Shown here: positions 38,801 to 53,496 of the stretch, piece by piece
Layout of the letters: the number at the start of each line of letters is the position of its first letter
How positions within the stretch are numbered: the first letter of the stretch is position 1
Origin: Eukaryota sp. GEM-RC1
Taxonomy: Eukaryota
Assembly (NCBI GenBank): GCA_040285855.1
Contig: JAUFOQ010000004.1
Span: 1,550,001 to 1,614,000 of the forward strand
Direction of reading: 5' to 3'
Length of the DNA: 64,000 nucleotides
Notes under the pieces: generated by a model
What the model was told of the DNA's origin: nothing
Database searches by the model: none
Seen by the model: only the letters and a program-made list of their open reading frames with translations
Made by a program: the position numbers and the translations under genes

Positions 38801-41800
38801 GATGGACCGCAATGGAAAACTGACAGTAATGGAGGTTATCTAGATATCAAACCTTTTGACACTTTCCGTATTCCAAATATACCTGGAGATTTTGGGTGGA
38901 GAAATGCTTCTATTTCTCTGTGGATTTACTTTGAATCAGGTGGATTTGGGTTTGATTTCAGTAGCGCTTGTAGGTTGTACATTACAACAAATAGGGTTCG
39001 GTGGGGTCCTACTCAACGCATTATCGCGTTTCCTTCTGAAAAGTGGTTTCACTTGGCAATCACTTTTGACCACCTAACAGCAACTGTCTATATTAATGGA
39101 AACCCAGAATCTCCTTTTTCTATACATTCTTTTATGTGTCCTAATGGACCTATGTCATTTTTTCCTCTATCAGAAATCCATCCAGTTTCTTCATCAGATA
39201 CTCGTTTTAAAGGTAGAATTCGCGCAGTCAAGATGTTTACTAAGGCTCTTACACCATCTGAAGTTGAGGATTTACACTTTGATTTGCAGCCAAGCATTTG
39301 GGGACATGGGAAATTGTCATTTGTTAATTCAAATGTGGAGATATTATCATCACACATTTACATCAATTCACTTTCTCTCGATGTATCAGCTTTATACTTT
39401 AAAAACGTGATTTTTGAAAATTTAGGACATCTCGATCTCTACAATCAATCAATCGTCGGTTTCAGTCAGGATTCCGAAATTCGTTCTCAATGTTTATATG
39501 TCACTTTAGACTCCAGTTTTCTTTACCATAATGATTCTGTAATTGTTTCTCCCACTATATTAAGTGTGACTGCAGTTAACAGTGGTTTTGAAACTGACTG
39601 TGTATATCTTAATTTTGACACTTTAGATTTCTCATTTTCCACTTTAGAGTTATCATGTGGCTGTCAAATTTCTGTTGGATATTTCTACTGTTATGATTGT
39701 CAAATATTGGGAAACTCGTCATTGATGATAGAATCGTCTACTAGAATTTATTCTGGGAATTTCTCATCTTCTTTAGTTGTTCAAGATTCGACAGATAATT
39801 CATCAATCTGTGGTCAAGTTCAGTTGGCGAATTCTTTTGATTTCTTCAGTCACGTCATTCTTGATGACGTGTCAGTTTCACAATTCCAATCCACTAGTGG
39901 TTCTATAGCTTGTCATTCTGATGTTTGGATGAAAAATGTTGTCATACTATCTTCAACTTCATTCGATTCTGATGCAGATGTCATTCTTTCAGATGTAAAC
40001 GTCATTTTAGAGCAAGATTTGGAATTGTCAAAATTTCAAATTTTAAGAGGATCAGGAGTAATTTTTGATAACACTTCACACTCGGGAAAAATAATTCCAT
40101 TACCTTTAATTATTTTTGATGATATCCTTTCACTTTCTCCTTCTTCTACAGTCTCTATCCAAATTTATAACGATTCATCTACTCAGTTAATTATTGGTTC
40201 AACTGCTTATTTAGATGGAATATTGGAAGTAGAATTTGACCCTCATGATCATTGTGAGGGAGGTGATTTTACCCTAATTGATTCTGCCATGTTGATTGGT
40301 AGATTTTTTTCAGTGGGATTCTCTTGTTCATCCATTTTCAAGATACTTTACTCTACTACTTCTGTAATTGGTTCTTTTAACGGTTTCATTGCTGATTTGG
40401 CTGAAGTGGCATACATTTCCACTACTGGTATTGATGATCCTTGTTGCGGTACTTTTGACAGTCCATGTGCTTCTTTTGTGTCAGTTTTAGAAAGAATGGG
40501 AAGAAAAGGGAGAATCTATTTTGTTTCAGGAAGATATTATTATAACCAAGGGTTGGGAAATGTAACTGACGTTGATTGGGAAGTCATTGGTCTTGGTGAC
40601 GTGATCATTGATGGAATTGATGAGACGTCATTCGACATTTTGATTCAATTTTTTCCCTATCAAATGTTGACATTATTTGCAATTCTCCTATTTGCTTTTC
40701 CGTGGTCAATTCAACATTTCAATTGACTGATTCATACATTCATCATGAAATTGGTATCGCTACAGTAATGGCCAATTCTTCGATTGTTACTTTTTCGAAT
40801 TGTAATTTAAAGTAAAATATGAAATTGAAGCCCCTCCACGTAATAGTGGCCCCCACGCAATAGTGGCCGATTTTTGGATGGGGCTTATACGGAGAGGCCT
40901 CACCACGTAATAGTAGCCCCTGGTTATAAAGAATTTTGAAGTATCGATCTTCGAGGATTTGGCCATATTGTGTGAGTTAGAATTGGGTGAGTCACATGTG
41001 GAAGTTGTTGATGAGTAACTGTTTTTATTGTTTTTGACAGTGAATCCACTACATGCGACACAACTGAGACTTCAGAACATGATTTGGTAAGGGGCTTATA
41101 GAGAGAAGCCCCACCACGTAATAGTAGCCCCCACGTAATAGTAGCCGATTTTAAGATGGGGCTTATACGGACAGGCCCCGGGGCTTCAATTTCATATTTT
41201 ACTTTACATTTGAATGCAGCTAGTTTAATTAGGTCTAATGATTCTCAAATGTATTTAGAGAATATATCTGTTATTGGTTCTCTTCCAGATTCTCCTTTTA
41301 TTCTAGACAAATCGCATATGGAACTTTCATTCAGCAATTTTTCAAATATTGAATCTCTCTCATTTTTTCAATTAACAAAATCAAATGTCATTGTATCTCA
41401 TTCGTCTTGTTCATATTCTTACTTTTGGTATGCTCTGTTTGATCTTGAGGAGAGTAGAATCACTCAAAATGGGTTTGCTTTCGAATCAGGAAGTGCTGCA
41501 ATTGTATTTTCCATCAAATCCAGTGTATTTGATTTGAATGATTTTACAATTCCATCATCGATTAGTTTCAATCAATTATTATCAGCAGACAATTCAGACA
41601 TCACCTTAGTTGATTTCGATCTTTATGGTTTTCATTCTTTTCACTCTGTCATTTTTGTTTCCGAATTCCAAGCTTAATTGCCAGAATATTGTCTTTCAAG
41701 ATATTAATTGTCAGTCATTGATCGATTCAGTAAATAGTCTAATTGAATTAAATGAAATGATTATTTCAAATGTGACTTGTGACCAGTGTTTTAATGTTCA

Positions 41801-44800
41801 TCGAGGGAATATTTCTGCTACTTTAATTGACATTTTTGATGTTTCTGGTATTCTTTTCCAGTTGGAGGATGTTGACATAAGTTTTGTCAATTTTTTAAAT
41901 ATTTTCCTCAGTGACATAGATTTTGGAATTTTAGCTGAAAATTCAACATTAAAATGTGCTGATCTTTTCATCTATCAATCATTTGTTGATCAACTTGTTC
42001 ACTTAAACCAATCTTGTGGAGATTTTGAGCGATTCTTGATCGATAATTCTTCCCTTGACAGTGTTTTCCTATTAAATGAAGCCCAAGTCACATTGTCTGA
42101 GTTCATGTTCTCTAACATCTCAATAACACGTGGGTATAGTGCTCACAACTCAATCTTATCCTTTAATGATTTTGTATTGGAAGACTTGTCGATTTATGAC
42201 AGTTTTATTTCGATTGTGATATCATTATTGATTCTATTTCGTCCAAATCTACCTTGTGTAACAGTCTCTCTGGATTCTTTAATTTAACAGCGGGGTCTCT
42301 GAATTTCACAAATTTAAGTATTTCAAAGTTTCATGGCTCACTGTTTGTTTTGAACATATTGAAAAGTTCCGTTCTGACAAGTATTAATATAGCCTATATT
42401 GAATCAAAGTATGGTCTACTGTTTATCAATTCCAATGTCTCTATATTGAATATTTCCGTGTCATTTTCCAAATTAGATGTCCTTTTCAAAACAACAAATA
42501 GTTACTTGTTTGTTGATTCGTTGTGTTCTGTCGGTATGAATAGTACGTCAGTTTTTGAGAGCTCTGCTTCAGTTCTTCATCTCAGCGACGTGAATTTATC
42601 AAAATTGATTACAAACAGTGTTTTTGATCTTTCTGATTCACTTTCAGCTCATATCTTCAATGTTTCTGACTCTCCTTTCAATCTTTCTTCCATTATACTA
42701 AATCACTCCAATGCTGACGCATTCATAACATGTCTACATTGTAATGGATCTATGGACAACTTACTTATTGAAAACTCCTCTTTTACTTCACTTTTCCATT
42801 TAGACTATGGATCTATGAGTTTTAATACTACTTCCTTGACTAAGATTAATACTTCTTTAGCTTTTGGAAATCTTTGACAGTAATGAAACTATTAATGATT
42901 TGGAAGCTGATTCTTTCAGACTTACTAAGTCATTTCTCTACTCAGAACTTAGCACTGTTAGATTGAGCTCAATGAACATTACTAATATACGTGATACTTC
43001 TGGTTGTTTGTTTGAGTTCAATCACTCAGAGTTAACAGTTGATGATCTCTATTTGTCGGAAATTGAGTGTTCAATATTCGCATTTTCTGATTCAGCAGCA
43101 ACTATTTCCGATCTTTCATTGTCAAATTTAAATGTGTCTTCCGTGGCTGTCAATTCTAATTCTAACTTAGCAATATCAAATAGTTCTTTCCATTCTATTG
43201 AGGTTCAAGTACTGGTCTCTGCAGATATTCTTTCTAATGTAACTATTGAAGGGTCTAAGTTTTCTATGATTTATGCTGACTCTATCTTGAATTTGACCGA
43301 TTCCACATTTTCACTAACTCTTTCTTATTTCAACAATCTAAGCCTAAAACACTTCATCTCTCTAACTTCTTCTTCAGCTTCCTTGTCAAATAGTTCTATT
43401 GTTAACGTAAAGTCATCTCAATCACTCGTCAAAATTGACGATTCTGTGGTCACAGTCAAATTGATTGAAGTTGAAGATGTAGTGTTGGAATCCTTTGTCG
43501 ATTTAAGTGATTCAACATTGAATCTGATTAATGCAAATTTTATATCTAATATCACTTTGTTTAACTCATTTTCGATTGGACACCTGGCAGAACTAGTTTT
43601 CCGTAATTTGATCTTCTTTGATCTTACGACTGTTAATGATTTTCCATTAATTAATTTAAGTAATTCAATCTTCAATGGTGATCTTGTTTCTTTTGAGTTA
43701 CTTAATTGTACTCTTTTCGAATTCATTTCTACTGAAGTTCAGTTTTCAAATACTTCATTTAAGAGTATTAATTCTCCTTCAATTGGTTTTATAGCCGATT
43801 CTTCTTTAACTGTTTGTTCTTCGGTTTTTCCAATGTCACAAATGTTAATTTTGATCTGATTTCAATTGTTAATTCTTCTGCCAGCCTTGAGAATGTTGAG
43901 TTTGATACAATTAGAGCTCTTTCTCTTATTGATGCAAAGACTACTGAATTAACCTTTAATTCCTGTTCTTTTACTAACATTTATTTCTTCTCCATCCTTA
44001 ATTTATCAGATTCAAGTTTGTGTTCAATTGATTACTCACTAGTCTCCAATGCATTTACTTACGTTACTTTCCAGTTTCAAAACTCAACTTTCAATCTAAT
44101 CAACACTGAGATACTCAATATATCCACTCAATCATTTTTGATGGCAGCAATGTCAGATATTGAAGTCCATACTTTGACAGTTCACAACTCCACGACTTTG
44201 GATACATTTATTAAAGCAGTGGAGACTGGAATGCGAGTAGAACACTTACATTTGTATTATTCAACAATATTTGAAGTTTTCCAAATATCTGAATCACGTG
44301 TTGATCTCTTTTTAGTTGATTTTGGATCAACTAATGACGTGTCAAACTCATTTCTGAACTTTTCCTGTTGTGATGTTACTGCTCATTCTATTGATATTAC
44401 TGGTCCTTTTAATACCAATAGTTCTTTAATTACAGTTTTTGGTTCCACTCTTAAGGCCACACAGTTTAATGTTGATCACATTGGGTCTCCTTTATTAAAA
44501 TCTTTGGAATCGAACATTTTATTTAATGACTTGATCATTTTTGATTCTATTGTTGAACTGTTATTTTTTATCAATCTCTCAAATTCAAGTTTTTCAAATA
44601 TTACTATTTCAAATTTTCGTTCCAAGTTTAGTACTTCTTCAACAATTTCCGTGACGTCCTCAAGTTTTTCCTTTGACAATTTACTGTTAGAGCATATCAT
44701 GAGTGGCGATTTCTTTTTCTTTGATGATTCCATTGGTTCAATTTCCAATTCAGAACTGTACTATCTCAACTCTAGTGCCAGTTTTATTCATCTTTTGAGT

Positions 44801-47800
44801 TCTACATTGCGAGTTGAAAATGTGACTGCTATGATGTACCAGACATTTATTCATTCATTCATCAGTGATCTATTTCTTCAAAATATTAGAATTTCTAGTT
44901 CACTGGAAAATGGCCAAATGTTGGATGATTTTTTTAATTACGTGGATTCACAATCACATTTTATTCATTTAACTTCGTCGAACATTTTTGCGTCTTGTAT
45001 TGTAATTAACAACGTCTTGTCTCATCAATTGTTATATTCTTCTAACTCCAATCTGATTCTTGACTATATCAATTTTTCAAATATTGTTCTCTATTCTGCA
45101 TTCAATTTTAGTAATACTATTTTTACGTCGAATAATTTAGCATTTGAAAATTTGACTCTGATTGACTCTTTTGTGACCCTCTATAATTCTTCTTGTTCAC
45201 TTCACCTTTGGACTATTCAAGACATTGAATCATTAACACTGTTTAAAGTATTTCATTCTTCTCTTTCTATTTGCCAAATGTCTGTTAATTTCTTTGAATC
45301 GGCATCTTTGTTCAATATTTTCAATTCTTCTGTGGATTTTGACACAATGTCTATTCAAAAATGCAAATCACTTCCTTTTTGGGAAATGGAACTTTACTTT
45401 ATAATTTCTTATTCTTCAGTACTTTTGAATAATTTCAAATTTGCTGGTTGTATATACCAATCAGTCTTTAAATGTGACTTTGAAATCACAAACTCTTCAG
45501 TTATTCTGACTAATTCTACAGAAGTCTTGTTCTCATCCTCCCTAACAGCTCAAAATTCTTCAATTACATTCTCTTCTGGATATCCAATTATTTCAAAATT
45601 TGCTTCCATTAATCAGTACTTCTTATTTGGGAACGATCCATTCATAAATCTTTCTGAAATATTCTTAAATATTTCAATTTCTCCTTCACAATACTGTTGT
45701 AACACGTCTATTTGTCAAGTTTCTCTGAATTTCTATAACATCAAATATCTTTCAGAGTTACTGGAACTCTCAGTCCCTAATAATGATGAATATTCTCACA
45801 ACTTCCGAATGAATTCTCTTGACTTCTTTTTAAAAGATGTTATTTCTTCCAATCCTATGAATAATTCACTATATTTCAATTTATTTATTTCTAAAATCTA
45901 TTCTGTCCAACACTTATTCATTCCCATTTGTCCTATTGAGTTTGTTAGTCTAGAACCTCCAACTAGAGGTGGATTTGTACCACTATTTGCTTTTAATCTT
46001 GGGATATATCCTATTGTTATTCATCATTCAACTGCTTCAATCAATGATTATCTTGAATATTCATCAAATAATCATGAAAATTTAGACCTATTCCTTTTGA
46101 GGGTCATGGTTGTCATGAAATGGTTATATCTAGGTCAACAGATTCTTCACTAATTTCCTTTACTTACTGCTTCCAAGAAACCTGTCATTTCTTCTGTTTC
46201 TCCATTTCCTTTTGCTTTAAACGGAGAGCTTTCAATTATTGGTAAAGATCTTTCAACTAGTTTTGACTATTCATCTTTAGTTTCTGAAATTGCTTCAACA
46301 CGTGTGTTAAATCATTCTCATGAAGAAATTGTTCATTATATTCCTTACGTTTGTTCAGTGGAAAGTAACATTTTCAATGTTTATGTAATAATTGGAAATC
46401 AAACCAGTAATGTAATTCAACTTCAATTGTCAGCTCCAAGACATGGAGTTTTCCCATTGGTACTTTCCCCTTCTGGAAATATTTTGAGAATATTTGGATC
46501 ATATTTTGGTCAAATGTTTAACTGTTTTTCAAATTCTACTATTCAAATGTCTGGTTCTGCAGCTCAAATATATTCTGTAACAACTGATCAATTACTAATC
46601 TCTACTGGGGATTTAGCTGGTCTAAATAGATTTATTACTCATATTGAATTTACTACTGGTATTTCTATTATTCTATCACTTCCAATCACGTCATTAGAAG
46701 CTTATAATACTTCCTTAGTTTGTTTTGTTAACCAACCTTGTGAGATTGATATTTATAGTAGATATGGAGAAGTGTCCTTACATGATTTTCAAGTCACGCC
46801 GAGTCTGCCAAATTCCATTCAAATTTTGAATTTTCAAACAACTCCTACTCTTGCTCACATTGAGTTTGTTTCTACACTTTCTGGATTTCCTGAAGACTTA
46901 GAAATATGTAATGAAGCCGGATGTTATCCTATTTTTAACTTACCTTTTATTGTCTTACCCAATTCAATTTCTCCTCGATTTATTCAGTGGTTTGAGTCTA
47001 GTTTTGTTCATGGAATTTCTCTAGAAGTTGAAGGAATTCATTTCTACGAGTACTCAGCTATACAGAGTAGTTTTATATGTGGGGAATTAACGTCTGAGTT
47101 ATCTATTGTTGATGAAGATTTAGTCGTGTTTGAAGTTGACGTCATTTCTATTGGATTATTTACTGCTTTTTGAAGATCTTTTGCTTCTGCTTTTGATCTT
47201 AAATTAGCCTTCGAAGTTGACAATTATCTGTTTTTACCTCCATTTATCCACATTAATTCCAGAATTGAGTGTCTTCTTTTGAAAGAAATTTCAAATATTT
47301 ATATTTCACATGGAAGACAATCTTTGATGTTGGGACTTGGCTCAAATGTTTTTGATTTATACGATGATGATCCATTCATCACGTTACATCAATCAACTCA
47401 ATCAATGAATGTCAGCTTCATCTCTGATTTAATTGATGACCGCTTGCCATTCTTCGTTGAAGTTGGTATTTCCCATTCCTTTACTATTAATTTCTATCAA
47501 TCTGGTTACTCTATTGATGTGGAATGTATGTCAAACTGTGAAATTGAAGATCAAGAATCTTTAAATGGATCACTATTTTTATATTTCTTCAGTACTGAAC
47601 AAGGCGAACTTAAACTGAAATTCAATATTCATTATTTTCAAACTTCTTTTTCTTTTGAATTAATTCGTGAAGTTGTTCTTACACCTGCCATTTCAATTAC
47701 TTCTCCTTTATTCTTTACAATCATTGATGACGTGATTGTTCAAATTTCTGTGCTTTCGAAATGTTCTTTATACTCGGAATTTCAATTCAATAATTCTGTA

Positions 47801-50643
47801 GTTTTTGCAGACCAAGTTCAATATTCTTTCATTGAATATGCTACATTTCCTTTTTCATATTCATATTTATTCAATGTTTCTTATTTTAATTTTTCAATAG
47901 GTGAAAGTGATTCACAATGGTCTTGGAAACATATTGGTTTTGAAAACCAAATTATTGGTGATATTAAAATATTCAATACTGAATTTACAAGCTCGGATCA
48001 CGTCAGTGTTTATGAACATCGTGACATTGGAGTTGACTTCGTTGGACTTCTATATTCTCAGTTTAAGTGTGTTGTTGGCGGAAATTCATTTTTGGGGACT
48101 ATTATCAATGATTCCCTAATTTGCACTGACTTATTTGTTTTAACTTTTCAAGAAGTTGTTTCAATTGATGTCTACTTTGAAGACTTGTTTATCAACTCTT
48201 TTGCAGTTCGTGGTGAAGCCTTTTTAGAAGAAATTTGTTTTGTACCCATTTCTCATCATCCGAAAATTGAAAATTCACGCATCATTTCAAATATCTCTAC
48301 TGGTATGGTTTTTGATGGATCTCGTTGCTGCAGTGTCGACGTATCATTTTGTTCTGAGTTTTTAAAATCTGGTGATGTCATTTCAGTTAATTTTACTTCA
48401 TCTTTCGATATTTTCACTATTGTAATCACCACAAATACCAGCTGTCAAGATGTCGATTTTACCCTTGCTTTTGACCTTATTGTGAACAAGCAAAGTGTTT
48501 CTCATTCTGTTTCATGTAAACAAATTCCAAGTGGTTTTGATTTTGCATTGATGTGTGAATTACAGAACATCTTTCCAAAAGTTAGTGAAATTATTTTAAT
48601 TTCTCGAAATGACGTGTTTCTTTTAGAGTTGGATTTTTACGGTTATCAGTCATATACTTGTCTAACTCCTGTTGATATTAACAAAGGAATTACGTCATTG
48701 GGAGAAGAACTTGAAGAAACTATTCAATTAAAATTGAGAAATGTAACGTTTGTTGATTTTGAACAATTTAAATATTTCGTCTCTCAGTCGTCTCATCTTA
48801 TCACTGCTTCTCATCTCTCTTATTCGATCCATCTAATTTCACCTAATTGTTTCCATTCTCAAGCTCCATTTACTATTACTTTTACTCCTGGTAAAGCTTT
48901 TCAATTGATATTTGTCCAAGATTATTTGGAAATTGATCCAAGTTCTTTGAATTTGACGATTCCTATACTCTGTGTAGATTCCATTGGGTTTGTTGTCGAA
49001 TGTTTAGGTAACTTGTCGGTACACTGTTCAACATTTAATTGGACGCATTTTGAGTTGTTTTCAGACAGTGTAGTCTTTTCTTCTACTAATACTTTCAAAT
49101 TGGGCTATCATCACATTGAACTCGAGTTTCAATCAAATCAATTAGTTCAATCAAATTTCACAATTGCTCAAACTTTTGCTCAATTTTTAATTGTTGATAA
49201 TATTGAAGTTCTTGCTTGCACAAGTCAGAATTTCTTTGACCGCTCATGTACGTTATTACGTCCTTTTGTTCTTTTAATTACCCGTGGACTTTTTCTTAAT
49301 TCTTCTCAGTTCCTTCATGTTTCTGATCTTGTATTTGGTTCAACTGATGGACAAGCTATCTTAACTGTTACCAGTGATTTTCTCGAAATAATTACTTACC
49401 CTCTCCATTCCATGACGTTAACAGTTTCTTATTTCTCACAATCTATCACGCTCGAAATCATTGCAAATGACTGTCACTTTCCTAAATTGAATTCTGATCA
49501 TGTTTGTTTGTGTCCAAAAGGAATGGAATTTAATTTTCATGGTGAATGTGTTGAATGTCATGTAAATTATTATTCAAATTCAGAATTTAATTCAGAATGT
49601 CGGTCTTGTCCGTATCCTAGAATTACTCTTCAAAAAGGTTCTAGTGATCTTGACCATTGTGTTTGTCCTTTAAACACTCTAGATTCTGTAGATTCTTGTT
49701 TACCTTGTCCTCATTTAGCTGAATGTGGATATGGAAATTTGACTGGAATTGAACCTGGTTTTAGATTAAATACTGATACTTGGGAACTAGATGAGTGTGT
49801 GTTTTGGTTCAGTTGTCATGAAAATTCTTGCAGGTCACGTCATGCTTATGGAGATTTGTGTCAATATTGTTCTGAAGATGTTGTTTCTAGTAGAATTTAC
49901 TGTATTGGAAAAGAACATTTGTTGTTCAAATTGGTCATTTTGGTTTTATGTGTGTTTATTAATTACTTGACTGACCTATCAATGAACAAATTTCTAGAAT
50001 TAGAAGAAAGTCACGAAGATTATCGTGTTTTTGCAATTTCAAAATTTAGACAATTTTTATTACTGAGATCAAAGTCTCGTTTTTCTCATGTGTTATTTGT
50101 TGTGTTGTTTTCATTTTCAATCTTCAAATCCAAATCAACAAGTTTTGTGGTTGTGTTTTTGAATATTTCATTTCATTACTTAAATTTGATATAGCAACTT
50201 ACTTTACAGCTGTCTTATCTTTTTATATCCTTTCCTTTATTTCCGCTGGATTGTTATTTAAAAAAGTTAGTCTATTTAAATTTTATCACAGTGCATTCTT
50301 GACTACTTCTGCTCTAGTTTCAATTAATTTCATTTTTGGAACTCTCCATCAACACTTTCTTGTTTCACCTCAATCGTTAATCAACTTTATTTTATTATCC
50401 ATTCATTGTATATCAGTTGTTTTTGTTCTATATCTTCAACGAACAACTTGTCATTTTGTTCCATTAATTGTTTATATTCTAGTGATCATGTCATCATTTT
50501 TACCATTGAATGTTCATTTAGTAATTCAAGCAATTCTACTCTTTCTTATGACTGCCAATTCTGTTTTTATTGATCGTTATATTTTTCTATTTTTAACTGT
50601 ATTTAGTGTGTTTAGTGTTTTTAATGTTTCGAAGTTTTCTTAA
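35838..50643 (+). pseudogene. Giant surface protein paralog 2 (~4,800 codons), 5'-truncated, MITE-interrupted, longer beta-helix-like region
   Basis: Colinear with paralog 1 from its base ~23295 (FYSDLNV) to the multi-TM C-terminus. Lacks the signal peptide and RCC1 part. MITE at 40810-41204. Confidence 0.75.
40810..41204. mobile_element. Tc1/mariner(pogo)-type MITE, 395 bp
   Basis: Perfect 25-bp TIR AAGTAAAATATGAAATTGAAGCCCC (40810-40834 / 41180-41204) with TA on both sides. Excision restores the frame SNCNL-HLNAASL. Five internal CCACG(T/C)AATAGT(A/G)GCC repeats. Confidence 0.93.
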
Positions 50644-50919
50644 ATTTCAACGACATTTTTTGTAAATAATTGTATTAATTTTTTTCTTAAGATACATTTC
50701 CCAAAAGCTTATGAGGTTTTTTTTATATTATGTCTGACAAAATTGATTAATACATCTTAAGTAAGTTTGAATTTTGAATTCGCACAAATTCTGGTAATTC
50801 GTTAGATTTATAAATACATCAAAAAAAATACAAAACATCAAGTACATGTGTTGTTAAAAGTGTTCTAATTTTGTATCTTGGAATTCCCAATTAATAACAG
50901 TTTTCGAACCAAAATCTAT

Positions 50920-51810
50920 TTATTGTAATTCGACATCATTAAAGAAGCATTGTTCCACTGTCATGTTCTTTGCTTCCAAAAACGTTCGTAAATCTTGAAA
51001 CGACATTTTGTGATTGTTTAGTAGTTGAACCACAATAGTCTTTACTTCAGAAGTGGCGGACTCTAAATCTGCTTCAAATTTGGGATTCTTGGTTTCTCTT
51101 TTTCTAATGAAATCAGCCAAATCATTGATTTGTTCGGATAGAATCTTAAATCTATGGTCAATTTTATCATCCATCTTGAGTAGTTTTTCATCCATCTTTT
51201 CATCCATCTTGAGTAGTTTTTCATCCATCTTTTCATCCATCTTGTGTAGTTTTTCATCCATCTTTTCATCCATTTGTTGATTCATCGTAGCCAGGTTTTG
51301 ATCACGTATATCAAACTTTTGATCAATCATTACGGTCATATCTTGATAATTGTGTGAGTACCATTGTACAGGTTGGAAAACCAACGATCCAAGAAACACT
51401 TTGGAACATATAAATACAATTCTAAACGTCGTTTCCGAAGGAAATCTAACACATAAAGTGGTGGACAACATGATCACGTGGAGTATTTTAAGAATTGTGA
51501 TAATTATGTAAAATGAGTCACCGAATCCACGTGTACGTGTGGACATACCACAATACAATAGTGTAAAGAACATCACAGCAGATGTGAAGCCTGATAACAC
51601 TGTCGGTCATACAGGAACTGGCTGGTTGGGTAGGCGCCTGGCCATATCTTTTGCAGTCTGAACAGCAACCACAGCGCATATTCCAAGTGGAATCAGTGAT
51701 AAGAGCGGACTCATCACTTCCAGAGCTGAAGAAGGATACTGAAGGTCTAGTACAGGGAGACTAATGAAGACCCACGTAATAACCAGAGCAATGGTGAGTG
51801 AAGTGTGCAT
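50920..51810 (-). CDS. Multi-TM protein with C-terminal coiled coil (DEKLLKMDEKM repeats); one in-frame TGA at 51607-51609
   Basis: ORFs 51607-51843 and 50920-51600 are in the same frame, separated only by TGA CCG ACA. About 5 hydrophobic segments. Confidence 0.55.
51165..51275. repeat. 33-bp tandem repeat, ~3 copies
   Basis: TTCATCCATCTTG(A/T)GTAGTTTTTCATCCATCTT units encoding 11-aa repeats. Confidence 0.9.
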
Positions 51811-53496
51811 TAAATGGATGCTTCTAGTTGAATGTTTTGTCAAAGTTACTAATCACCAAGAAATAGATATCCTCTCAAAGTTCGCAAAATATTCACTCAC
51901 ACATCACATCACAGATTGGTGTTGAGAGTATTGCCCTTAATCGGTGTATTGTGTTACATGTTTATTTACATCAAGTGTTTAACATTCGACTGATTCCATT
52001 CTTGGATTCTTCCCAAGTTGTGGTTGAATTTACTACAGTTGATCCATTCGCGACAGTCTGCACAGACTCCATCTTCGAATGATTACAATGATCATCGTGA
52101 AAAAGCTGAACATCGTAAGCGTCGCAATTAAGCTCATAAACTTAATGAAAATTTATATTCAAAATTTTCATTTGTTCTATTTGTAATTCTAATTTTTGGT
52201 ATAAATGGTCCAGAACATTATTTAGTTATGTTAGTATTTTATGACGTTCTAATGAAAAAGTCTTTAATGGTTCCGTATTCATTGATTTAATTGTGTTTGT
52301 GCTTTACAAAAGCATCCCTGAGTTTCTAAATTCCATTTATTCCAGTTTTATAGAGACAGTTCTCTGTTGAGGTGGAGTATTTATCTCCTGACATTTTCTG
52401 AGACAGAATGTATTGTTTTGTTGTATTTTGTAGTATACTAACTTATTGTTGTATAAAAAAATATATAGAACAAAACCAGTGAACACATAACGGAGGAGTT
52501 GTCGGTTCAATTGTTGGTGTGATGTTAGGTCGGTTCTTTTATTAGTCTAAATATACACAATTCTAAAGGGTATTCAGTGTCTTTTAGATGCTAGCGCAGT
52601 GATAGTTAAACATGTATTTATACTTTGATACCGGTCATCTGAAGGGTTACGCATGTCATCAGCAGGCTATGTCTCTTACAGAACTTCTCCACCTGCAGTG
52701 ACACTCACAGTGAGGGTTCTTTACGTCGGTTGCAGAAAAGATACAATAATCGATTTCGGTGAGTGCCTGCTGCTAGGTTTGTTCTTGACTTCATGTTTCA
52801 GTTTGATGTGTATTTTTTCAAATGAAAGTTCTTTTATTTACCCAGTGTGATCAATGATAATATATATACTTAATCGTGGTCATTATTCAAGTATCTATTA
52901 ACTCACTATTTTCTAACCCTGGGCAGTATCTGAAGTGTTTTTGTATTTGCATCAGTTTACAGATTTTGGATAAATTTAAGAGCAAGAAGCAAAATTATTT
53001 TAGTTAAGGAACGATGTGTGTTATACAAAGCCTCTGAGATGTTTCTTTGGGGAATGTGATGTTCAAACCATTGCGATGATTGAGGTTGTTAGCCCTTTCC
53101 TATATAGACTTTCCCCAATTCCTGTCACTATCATTAAAATGGTTCTATTGAGTACAAAACCAAATAAGTGTCTGTTCTTTAAGGAATCGCATGAATGTTG
53201 GTCAGAACAACTTTAGTGTACATGGAAACACTTTGAAGGCTCAAATACTAAATACTATAAAAAACAGTGTATGTTGTCTACTTGAACTTTAGTTTTACTG
53301 TCAAAATGTAACTCACTGGTACGTCTTACATTTATTATGTATATATTGTACATACAAACAAATTCTCACTTCAATCCAAACTTCGCAAGTAATAAATCGC
53401 GTTTCATTTTAAATAAACAATTGTTTAATACTGTACTTCTTCAATGAGCTTGCACTTGACATTTTGATAAATTAAAACACAAGTAATCAATGTCAT

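Noticed and set aside
40830..41180. CCACGTAATAGTAGCC repeats as a CRISPR array or ncRNA
   Set aside because: They are fully contained within a MITE bounded by TIRs and TA.
51900..53450. Short ORFs, including a GIGESLYR peptide on the minus strand near 53110
   Set aside because: The resemblance to the RT motif AVGESLYR is too short to support a call.
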